Below, piece by piece: positions 9,087-16,744 of a DNA stretch of 40,748 bases; position 1 is the stretch's first letter; each line of letters starts with the position of its first letter. The stretch comes from Candidatus Wildermuthbacteria bacterium (GTDB lineage: Bacteria; Patescibacteriota; Minisyncoccia; Minisyncoccales; UBA10102). Position numbers and translations under genes: made by a program. Under the pieces are notes generated by a model. That model was given only the letters and a program-made list of their open reading frames with translations, was not told the origin of the DNA and did no database searches. The stretch covers positions 1-40,748 of the forward strand of contig JACOZJ010000003.1 in the NCBI GenBank assembly GCA_016181405.1, read 5' to 3'.

Positions 9087-9120
9087 TCTTGCCGCGCCGC
9101 CCGCGGGCGGCGCGGCAAGA
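9087..9120. repeat. Perfect 34-bp GC-rich palindrome
   Basis: tcttgccgcgccgcccgcgggcggcgcggcaaga equals its own reverse complement. Confidence 0.95.
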
Positions 9121-9161
9121 AAACAAGAAAGCAAGGTCAAACGCAAAGTAAAAAATGAAAA

Positions 9162-9569
9162 ATGGCTAAAGTAAAGATAGTTCTTTTAGGGCTTGGAGTG
9201 GTTGCGGCAATTTTTGCGATTGTGCAGTTTATAAACGCCGCAAAGTACGAGATGGTGGTGAACGTGGTCGAAGGAGAAAATGTGCTGGGATTAAACCCAA
9301 CCACGGAGCGGCTCGATTTTGGCGATTTGTCGAGAAACAACGGAATCGCGCGCCAGGTAACCATTGAGAATGGCGGAGGCATGGATATTTTTGTTGCCGC
9401 GTTCAAATTTGGTGAGTTGGCAAGTTTGGTGAAACTCGACCGGAATTTCTTTGTGCTAAAGCCGGGTGAAGAAGCGCAAATTTCTTTGGAGGTTTCTATT
9501 CCGCCTTCCGCTGAAACAAAAAAATACGATGGCCGAATTTGGATATTTCGATTACCGAAGCCGATATAA
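9162..9569 (+). CDS. Small membrane-anchored or secreted beta-rich protein of the SipW operon
   Basis: N-terminal hydrophobic helix; LDFGDL motif echoes IDFGTV of the paralogues; TAATG overlap with the peptidase gene. Confidence 0.75.
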   Translation: MAKVKIVLLGLGVVAAIFAIVQFINAAKYEMVVNVVEGENVLGLNPTTERLDFGDLSRNNGIARQVTIENGGGMDIFVAAFKFGELASLVKLDRNFFVLKPGEEAQISLEVSIPPSAETKKYDGRIWIFRLPKPI

Positions 9570-10036
9570 TGGAGAATTTTGAACAACATGAAGAGCAAAA
9601 GCCAATAAAGAAAAAAGGATCAGTGCTGAAAAGTCTTATCGGGTGGATTGTATATGTGGCATTACTTGTGGGATTGGTTGTGGGCACGCCAAAGGCATTA
9701 AGCTATATTTTGAAAAGTGAATATCCCATGGCGGCCATCACTTCAGGATCAATGTGGCCAACGCTGAAAACTGGAGATATGGTGTTTATCCAGGGAATAC
9801 AAAGCAGAAATGAATTTGAGGTGGGGGACATCGTGGTGTACAAAAATCCCCAGGGGTTTACCATTCACCGCGTGGAGGAAAAACAGGAGAATGCGGTGAT
9901 TACCAAGGGAGACGCCAACAACACATTGGATACGCCGGTGAAATACGAAGATATTATAGGCAAGACTGTGGAATTTCAGGGAAAACCTTTTAAAATTCCC
10001 TTGCTGGGGAACATAAGCATTATGCTCAACAAATAA
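9569..10036 (+). CDS. sipW: Signal peptidase I, SipW/archaeal Sec11 type (S26B)
   Basis: ITSGSMWPTLKTGD (catalytic Ser), TIHRV (His instead of Lys), ITKGDANN..D; one N-terminal TM. Confidence 0.88.
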   Translation: MENFEQHEEQKPIKKKGSVLKSLIGWIVYVALLVGLVVGTPKALSYILKSEYPMAAITSGSMWPTLKTGDMVFIQGIQSRNEFEVGDIVVYKNPQGFTIHRVEEKQENAVITKGDANNTLDTPVKYEDIIGKTVEFQGKPFKIPLLGNISIMLNK

Positions 10037-10042
10037 ATCCTC

Positions 10043-12751
10043 ATGTACAGTTACGGAGAAACAATAGTCCCCGTGCGCGTACGCCACAGAATACATGTGG
10101 AGGATTTTGGATATGGGTATGGATATAGAAAGTGGACCCTCGCGTCTCGTCGAACCCATAATGTTTTGCCTCGACTCGGCAAGGCGGGCCTGCCTCGCCG
10201 ATTCAAGGCGGGCAGAGTGTTGCATGGAATGCTTACGCTCTTGCTCGTGGGAATTTTATCCGTAGGCAGTTCCGGGCTTGTGCTTCTTGCGGCTGCTTTT
10301 GAATCTCACATAGTGAACGTAACCGCCGCGATATCGCAGATTGATCCCGCAGTGCTTACGTCGCCAGGAGATATTGGTTTTGACAATCCCGATGGAGGCA
10401 CGAATTTGACTGCGCCCTTGGAAGTCGTGATGACTGATACAGACTCCGATGCGACCCACATTTTTTATACCTATGGTTCAGGCCTTGATCCTTTGAGTGT
10501 GCCAGAACCTGTGTGCGGCCAGGCCGATCCGAACGGAGGAGGTGGGGAAATTGCAACCGAGATCATCTCCTTAGCCTTGACCGGCGATACGGTTATTCGG
10601 GCAATCGCGTGCGATGGCGCAGATTCCTCGGCCCATCACAGCTTTATTAATACGAAAATTTACGACTTTACCGACCTTGCCTGCGTGCCACAAAGCGTTG
10701 AGTTTCCCGCGAATCTCGCGGTGCTTGCCGCAGGCCCCGGCAATTCTTCCAACGGAGACATCTTTGCCTCCGCGAATGTGACCATCAACGGAGACGTGCG
10801 CAGTAATGACGATATTAACGCCAATGGCGGCGGAGCAAACCGCACTATTAACGGAAACGCCCTCGCCGGTGATACCATTGAAACCGCCAACTTTACTATT
10901 TCCGGAACTGTTGCTACCGACACGCCAGCAACCACTCTGCCAGACATCAACATTCCTTTTTGGCAAGCAAGAGCCGCTGAAGGTGGCACGGTAAGCGGGA
11001 GCATTATTATTCCTGGTACTGCGGCTCCTTCTATAGATTTTGGGCCAACGGAAATTGAAGGAAACTTGGAAATCGGCACCAACAACGTGATTAACGTGAA
11101 AGGTCCGATATATGTAAAGCAGAATTTGGTTATTAGCTCAAATGTTACCCTCAATCAGGATCCTGCGTTTGGCGATCAGTTTACAGCAATTATTGTTGAC
11201 GGCACCATAGATATTTCTTCAAATGTGGCTTTTAACGGCACAGGATCTATTGGAACATTTCTGTTGGTTTCCACTTCTGGGCCAAAAGTCGGGGACAACG
11301 CGGCAATTGAAGCAAATTCAAACAATTCAGACTTGGGAGATGTGGTGTTGTTTGCTTCGGCGGGAGATGTGCACATGAATTCCAACCGTAACCTGCTTGC
11401 CATTTTCGCGACTATCGGCACTTCGGCAAGTAACCCGGCCATTGATTTGGATTCTAACGTGACAGTTAACTACCGGGAACTGCCCGGAACTATTTCTTGC
11501 GGTCCGGTGTTCACGCCGCTCGATCAAGTGCTTATCAATGAATTTTTGCCAAATCCCACAGGCGCAGACAACGCGGCCATGCCCGACGGCGAGTTTGTGG
11601 AATTGTACAACGGGTCAGGTTCTCCCGTGGACGTGAATGGTTGGGTGCTATACGACAACTTTGTGCCGGTGGGGTCGGCAACAAATAAAACGTGGACTTC
11701 AAGCGCTGATTTTAATGCAGGAGGCACAGCCAGCGGCACTACTGTTTCTGCAAACAGCGTGCAGATGTCTGCCGGAGAAGCTTTGGGAACATTTGAAAAC
11801 TTTTTGGATGCGGGCGAAGGCAACAAGGGAGATTGGCAGAATTTGACTTGGGGTGAAACTCTTGGAGCTACGAGTGATATCTGCGTTGAGGTTGCCACTT
11901 CTAACGACGGAGCAGCATATTCGGATTATTCTGCGCAAGATTGCACGATCCCTTTTAGCTTGACTGGAATTTCAGACAGCCGCTTTATCAAGTGGCGCTC
12001 CATGCATAGCCGGAGCGATATTTCCCATAGCGCCAATCTTAATGAGCTGACCATTAGCTATAATCGCTTTAATTATAATGAGCTCGTGATTACGCCAGAC
12101 CGTACTTTGGGAGGGGATACGGTTATTCCGGCCGGCGGATTGCTTGTGGTGTACCGCGATGGCGACATCGATTTTGAGCTGACCAACGATGCGGACACGG
12201 TGAAACTATACGACGATCACGTTTGGCTGGGCGGTACGCTTGTCGATTCTCACGCGTATGACTATGGCACCGCCGCGCCGAACGACAAGTCGTTTGCCCG
12301 GATTCCCGACGGAAGCGTAAACTGGGTTGATCCTGACCCAACACCGGGTGAACCTAACGATGAATTTGTTGATCCAAGCACGGTTCCGAGCGAAGCGATT
12401 ACATTTGAGTCTGAACCAGTCGCGGAAGAAGAACTTATTGAGGATGAACAGTCTGTGGCGGTTCAGGAGGAATCGACAGTTCCAGCAGAAACTGTTGAGG
12501 AAACCGACACTCCCGCAGCCGCAGAAGAAGCGCCGGAGATAACGGATGAGTCGTCTACGCCAGAAGCTATGGCGAGCGAACCGCCGGCGACAACGGAAGA
12601 ACAACCAGCGACAACTGAAGAATCTCCGGCAACAGTCGAAGGATCACCTGCGGTAACTGAAGAACCTGTGATAACTGAAGAACCGGCGGCAGTACCGGAG
12701 CCGTCTTCTCCGCCCGAGGCGGATTCGGCGAGCAAGGAGTCAGGTTTATGA
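10043..12751 (+). CDS. Large surface protein with SipW-class-like cleavage motif, beta-rich region, interrupted lamin-tail domain and acidic Pro/Glu/Thr tail
   Basis: LLAAA/FESHIVNVTA; LTD motifs VLINEFLPNP...GEFVELYN...VDVNGWVL and SFARIPDG...PTPGEPN; PATTEE-like tail repeats. Alternative start at 10229. Confidence 0.8.
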   Translation: MYSYGETIVPVRVRHRIHVEDFGYGYGYRKWTLASRRTHNVLPRLGKAGLPRRFKAGRVLHGMLTLLLVGILSVGSSGLVLLAAAFESHIVNVTAAISQIDPAVLTSPGDIGFDNPDGGTNLTAPLEVVMTDTDSDATHIFYTYGSGLDPLSVPEPVCGQADPNGGGGEIATEIISLALTGDTVIRAIACDGADSSAHHSFINTKIYDFTDLACVPQSVEFPANLAVLAAGPGNSSNGDIFASANVTINGDVRSNDDINANGGGANRTINGNALAGDTIETANFTISGTVATDTPATTLPDINIPFWQARAAEGGTVSGSIIIPGTAAPSIDFGPTEIEGNLEIGTNNVINVKGPIYVKQNLVISSNVTLNQDPAFGDQFTAIIVDGTIDISSNVAFNGTGSIGTFLLVSTSGPKVGDNAAIEANSNNSDLGDVVLFASAGDVHMNSNRNLLAIFATIGTSASNPAIDLDSNVTVNYRELPGTISCGPVFTPLDQVLINEFLPNPTGADNAAMPDGEFVELYNGSGSPVDVNGWVLYDNFVPVGSATNKTWTSSADFNAGGTASGTTVSANSVQMSAGEALGTFENFLDAGEGNKGDWQNLTWGETLGATSDICVEVATSNDGAAYSDYSAQDCTIPFSLTGISDSRFIKWRSMHSRSDISHSANLNELTISYNRFNYNELVITPDRTLGGDTVIPAGGLLVVYRDGDIDFELTNDADTVKLYDDHVWLGGTLVDSHAYDYGTAAPNDKSFARIPDGSVNWVDPDPTPGEPNDEFVDPSTVPSEAITFESEPVAEEELIEDEQSVAVQEESTVPAETVEETDTPAAAEEAPEITDESSTPEAMASEPPATTEEQPATTEESPATVEGSPAVTEEPVITEEPAAVPEPSSPPEADSASKESGL
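10165..10212 (+). repeat. Two tandem 24-bp palindromic units, in frame
   Basis: tttgcctcgac-tcggca-aggcggg then cctgcctcgcc-gattca-aggcggg, encoding LPRLGKAG/LPRRFKAG. Confidence 0.75.
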
Positions 12752-13836
12752 AGAATTTTTTCAGGAAAAAGCAGTTTTTTGGAATATCCGTGAATGTTGC
12801 CGTGATAGTGTTTGGGCTTGCACTTTTCGTTTCGCTGGGAGTAAGCGCGCACGGGAATGTGCATATAAACGACGCTCTTTCGGTTTCGCCTTCGCAACTT
12901 TCCTATGGCGCGGTATTCCCCGAAGAAGTATTGCTCCAGAATGTTCTGATTACGTTGAGCACCTCATTTCTGCGAAACAACAAGCTTGACAACGTGGAGT
13001 ACAGCATAAAACAAAAGAGCAAGCCCCGCGATCCCAAAGACACTTCGTACTGCCAGAATTATCCAAATGATTTGACGCGCTGTTATCCCACGCTTTGTCC
13101 GTACCTTTCCAAAGAACCGGATGGCAATCCGGGCAACGATACGGGAGTTGCCGCGTTTCATGACCCAACTGCGTCTTCATCAATCGCTGTTGGACGTTTG
13201 GCGAAATCAGATAACGATCTTGAAGATCCGTGGGTCATTGATCTTCATGTGCCGTGTTTCGAGGGGCAATGCGCCCAAGACAATGTTGTGCCGCAGGAAT
13301 ACGAAGTGAATCCGGCGTTGGAAGGAGAGGAGTTCGGATGCGATCTTCAGGTGGTGGTGAATAAAATCAGTTTTTCCCATAGAGAACGGGAAGGCACGAT
13401 TGGTTTTTGGAAGCATTGGAACAAGCATAAAACGTACACTCAAGCACAGATTAATGGCTGGCTTGGCGCGATTGACGCAGCTTCGGGCTGGGTTTTGGCA
13501 GAAGGCGGATATAGCGTGGATACCACCGGAATGGTGAATTTGATAAACGATTCAAAGTCATGCAATGGGGTTTCTCGCGCCTGCGCCAAGAAAAAGTTTC
13601 TCGCGCAATGCCTTGCAACGCGCCTCAACGTGGAATCGGGAAGAAAGCTGCTTACATATAATTATTCGGTGAATAGCAGCCAGCGCAACTATCTTGGCTT
13701 GACTAATCCCGACGCGCTTGCAGATATTATTTCCGCCATTGAAAGCAAGTTGCCTGATAACGGAATAAATCCAACTCGCGTACAATTCCTATTGATGAAG
13801 AATCTGTGCAATAAAATTAACAATGCAGGCTCGTAG
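12748..13836 (+). CDS. Third paralogue of the shared Cys-rich domain, with a basic C-terminal domain
   Basis: YGAVFPEE, LCPYLSK, GRLAKSDND, VPCFEGQCAQD and FGCDL match subunits A/B; C-terminal domain starts TIGFWKHW; ATGA overlap with the upstream gene. Confidence 0.8.
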   Translation: MKNFFRKKQFFGISVNVAVIVFGLALFVSLGVSAHGNVHINDALSVSPSQLSYGAVFPEEVLLQNVLITLSTSFLRNNKLDNVEYSIKQKSKPRDPKDTSYCQNYPNDLTRCYPTLCPYLSKEPDGNPGNDTGVAAFHDPTASSSIAVGRLAKSDNDLEDPWVIDLHVPCFEGQCAQDNVVPQEYEVNPALEGEEFGCDLQVVVNKISFSHREREGTIGFWKHWNKHKTYTQAQINGWLGAIDAASGWVLAEGGYSVDTTGMVNLINDSKSCNGVSRACAKKKFLAQCLATRLNVESGRKLLTYNYSVNSSQRNYLGLTNPDALADIISAIESKLPDNGINPTRVQFLLMKNLCNKINNAGS

Positions 13837-13882
13837 AATAGAACTTTAGGCGAAAGGTCGAAAAAAGAATGTATTTACGAAT

Positions 13883-14668
13883 ATGAAAAAAATTTTACTT
13901 ATCGTACCTACCCTTTTGGTGTTTGGGCTTGCTTTAGCTATTGTGAGTGCTTCAGCGCCTGCAAACGCGCAGGAATCCGTCGGGGTCGTTCAGGATGAAG
14001 AAGCTGTTGTGGAAGCGGCAGGCGGAGAAGATGAGTTAACCGCGGAAGAACGGCAGGCGATGCTTGCGGAAATTACCACCCAGCTCGAAGAAGTTGAGCG
14101 CGAGGCGCTGCGCTTATCTTTGTTGGTAATGAGGTTGGAGCTTGAAGAGCAGGCATTGGCGTTGGAGCAGCAGTTGCAGCAGGCATTAACACAGGGAGGA
14201 ACCGGTGTTGCAGCAGCTATGCCAGTACCGGGTTCCAATGTGCCAGAGATGGTTGTCGAGGAAACGGCGGTTGCAGAAGAGGCAGGTCCGGCACAGTTCA
14301 GCGAAGTCCCAGCCGAGCAGGCTGATTTGGGCGTAGAGGAGAGTGTGAACGCATTTGCGGCTGAAGAAGAAGTTTCCGCCGACGCAAATGCTTTGGCGGG
14401 CAGGCAGGGTGAAGAAGAGGAGGAGGGAAAAGGTTTTCTTGCCGGGTTCGGGCCTCTCTCGAATTTGGGAGCGCCGGAAGTCGCGGCTCTTGCAATCCTT
14501 GTTTTTCTGGTGGCCTTCACTTTGTTGCGGCGCCTGCGGCGTGGCCGCACGGTGCGCCCCAGCTCTCCGCAGAATATCCTACCAGCTTCACAGCATCTAC
14601 CTCAATCTCCGCAGGGTATGCTGCAGGAGGGTCGTGAAGATCTGAAAGAAAAGATTGCCTGGGAATAA
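13883..14668 (+). CDS. Secreted acidic protein with coiled coil and C-terminal TM anchor
   Basis: Sec signal ending ANA/Q; heptad-like Leu/Glu/Gln segment; hydrophobic helix followed by RRLRRGR. Confidence 0.7.
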   Translation: MKKILLIVPTLLVFGLALAIVSASAPANAQESVGVVQDEEAVVEAAGGEDELTAEERQAMLAEITTQLEEVEREALRLSLLVMRLELEEQALALEQQLQQALTQGGTGVAAAMPVPGSNVPEMVVEETAVAEEAGPAQFSEVPAEQADLGVEESVNAFAAEEEVSADANALAGRQGEEEEEGKGFLAGFGPLSNLGAPEVAALAILVFLVAFTLLRRLRRGRTVRPSSPQNILPASQHLPQSPQGMLQEGREDLKEKIAWE

Positions 14669-14738
14669 ATTGACTGCTATACTTGAGTGGTATAAGGTCG
14701 ATTTTAGTTTGCGTTTATAAACATAGCTCATAGTAAGG

Positions 14739-15011
14739 ATGAATAAAGAACAGCTTCTCGAAGCCATGGCCCAGAAAGCCAGCATTACCAAGAAGCAGGC
14801 GGGCGAGGCGCTCGACGCGTTTTTAGGTAGCATTACCGATACTCTTCGAAAAGGGAAAGCAGTCGCGCTTACCGGATTTGGTACGTTTCAGACTTCGCGC
14901 CGCGCCGCGCGCGAAGGAAGAAATCCGGCGACCGGAGAAAAAATCAACATTCCCGCGACGACCGTGCCTAAGTTCAAGGCTGGTAAGGGGTTGAAGGACG
15001 CGGTAAAGTAA
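14739..15011 (+). CDS. hup: DNA-binding protein HU
   Basis: MNKEQL...GFGTF...RAAREGRNPATGEKINIPA..VPKFKAGK.LKDAV. Confidence 0.97.
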   Translation: MNKEQLLEAMAQKASITKKQAGEALDAFLGSITDTLRKGKAVALTGFGTFQTSRRAAREGRNPATGEKINIPATTVPKFKAGKGLKDAVK

Positions 15012-15022
15012 AACAACGAACG

Positions 15023-15055
15023 CCAAAAAACCCGCTTGTGCAGCGGGTTTTTTGG
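15023..15055 (+). terminator. Intrinsic terminator after hup
   Basis: ccaaaaaacccgct-tgtgc-agcgggttttttgg. Confidence 0.9.
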
Positions 15056-15070
15056 TAGTATGATTTTAGA

Positions 15071-15562
15071 ATGGAAAAAGAGTTCCTTGAGGCCTACGAG
15101 AAATACGCAGACGCGCTATTTCGCTATTGCTATTTTCGTCTATCCGACGAGGAAAAAGCGAAGGACGTGGTGCAGGATACCTTCGTGAAAACATGGGATT
15201 ATATCGCGCAGGGGAAAAGCATAGCAGAGATGCGCGCTTTTTTATACCGCGTGGCGAGCAATTGCATTGTGGATCAGTATCGGAAGCGCAAAACCACATC
15301 GCTCAATTATCTGCAAGAAAAGGGCTTTGAACCACGTCTTGATATAAGGGAAAAACTGGAAACCGAGATTGAAGCAAAGGAGGTGATTGAAGTTTTACAG
15401 CAGCTGGATGAAAAGTACCGAGATGCCTTTATTATGAGGTATGTGGGTGAGCTTTCGGTAAAAGAGATAGCAGAAATTCTCGGAGAAGCTGAAAACACGG
15501 TTTCGGTTCATATCCATAGGGCGGTAAAACAAGTAAGACTATTGCTTAAGCATGAAGGATAA
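15071..15562 (+). CDS. ECF RNA polymerase sigma factor
   Basis: Region 2 AKDVVQDTFVKTW...AFLYRVASN..VDQYRK; region 4 LSVKEIAEILGEAENTVSVHIHRA. Confidence 0.93.
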   Translation: MEKEFLEAYEKYADALFRYCYFRLSDEEKAKDVVQDTFVKTWDYIAQGKSIAEMRAFLYRVASNCIVDQYRKRKTTSLNYLQEKGFEPRLDIREKLETEIEAKEVIEVLQQLDEKYRDAFIMRYVGELSVKEIAEILGEAENTVSVHIHRAVKQVRLLLKHEG

Positions 15563-16709
15563 TTTTGAACAATTTATTCGCAAGGCACGGCAAGTTCGAT
15601 TTTCTCAAGAAGACAAAGCTCGCACTCATGAGCTACTTTCGCGTTATATGCGTATGAATCCCGCAAGATTTCGTGCGGAGGGTCGTCATCAAGTGCAAAG
15701 GTCGCCTTTTTTTCAAGAATTCATTAAAAACTGTAAGTTTCTTTATAAACCTATGATGGCATTAGCCGTATTAGTCGTAACAGTTATGGCCGGAGGGGGT
15801 GTTTCTCTGGCCGCGGAAAACGCCTTACCCGGAGACGTGCTGTATCCGGTAAAAGTGGAAGTAAACGAGGAATTCCGGGCAATGCTCGCTTTCTCTCAAG
15901 AGGCAAAGGCAGAGTGGAAAGTGCAGCAAACAGGGCGGAGGCTTCAGGAGGCGGAGAAACTTGCCGCAAAAGGAGAATTCGGGAGTGAAACCGCCGCGAA
16001 GGTGGACGCAAAATTCGAACAGCATACCCAAAAGCTTTCTGAAATAGCCTCAAAGCTTGAGGCAAAGGGAAACGTAGAGGCTGCCGCGGCAATTCATTCC
16101 AGTTTGGAAGCCACGCTCGAGGCCCATGAAAGGATTTTGGGCGCTTTAAGGGGCGAAGCCGACGGAAGGGTGGAAGAAATCCTTGTAAAAGTGAAAGTTA
16201 AAACAAGAGAAGCAAGAGAGGCGAGAGATCGGGCTGAAGCTGAAGTTTCCGCAAAGGCGCATACGGAAGTAAAGGAGGCGGCAGAAGGGAAGTTGGGAGC
16301 CGCGCAAAACAAAATCGCGGAAGTAAAAAGCTTCATCGCGAAAATGGAAGCTCGGGCAGGGGCAGCAGCTACAGCCGATGCAAAAGCAAGGCTTGAGGCA
16401 GCCGATAACACTCTTGCGCAAGGGAAAACTCGGCTTGAAGCAGACGCATGCGGCGAAGCATTCGTACTGTTCCAACAGGCAATGCGAACCGCGCAAGAGG
16501 CAAAATCACTTGTGCAAGGCAGTATTGATATAGAGCTGGATTTGGATGACGAGGACGAAGAAAACGAGCAAGAATTAGAAGAAGAACATCCGCCAGCTGA
16601 CGGAGAGATAGAAGTGGAAACAGAAATAGAAACAGAAGTTGAGCTAGAAACCGATAACGAAAGGGAGGAGAGGGGGAGAAGTGGAACGCAAATAGAAGTT
16701 GAGCTATAA
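15552..16709 (+). CDS. DUF5667-type single-TM protein, putative anti-sigma factor
   Basis: Overlaps the sigma gene; TM followed by AAENALPGDVLYPVK...RRLQEAEKL; helical body; acidic tail. Confidence 0.75.
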   Translation: MKDNFEQFIRKARQVRFSQEDKARTHELLSRYMRMNPARFRAEGRHQVQRSPFFQEFIKNCKFLYKPMMALAVLVVTVMAGGGVSLAAENALPGDVLYPVKVEVNEEFRAMLAFSQEAKAEWKVQQTGRRLQEAEKLAAKGEFGSETAAKVDAKFEQHTQKLSEIASKLEAKGNVEAAAAIHSSLEATLEAHERILGALRGEADGRVEEILVKVKVKTREAREARDRAEAEVSAKAHTEVKEAAEGKLGAAQNKIAEVKSFIAKMEARAGAAATADAKARLEAADNTLAQGKTRLEADACGEAFVLFQQAMRTAQEAKSLVQGSIDIELDLDDEDEENEQELEEEHPPADGEIEVETEIETEVELETDNEREERGRSGTQIEVEL

Positions 16710-16744
16710 CAGAAAACCCCCTCGCGGGGGTTTTCTGTTATAGC
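16703..16744. terminator. Bidirectional terminator
   Basis: Perfect 19-bp stem gctataacagaaaaccccc-tcgc-gggggttttctgttatagc between convergent genes. Confidence 0.92.

Noticed and set aside
5477-13836. Type IV pilin, sortase pilus or diversity-generating retroelement interpretation
   Set aside because: No class III G/FTLIE signal followed by a hydrophobic helix, no LPXTG or sortase, no reverse transcriptase or adenine-specific TR/VR pair.
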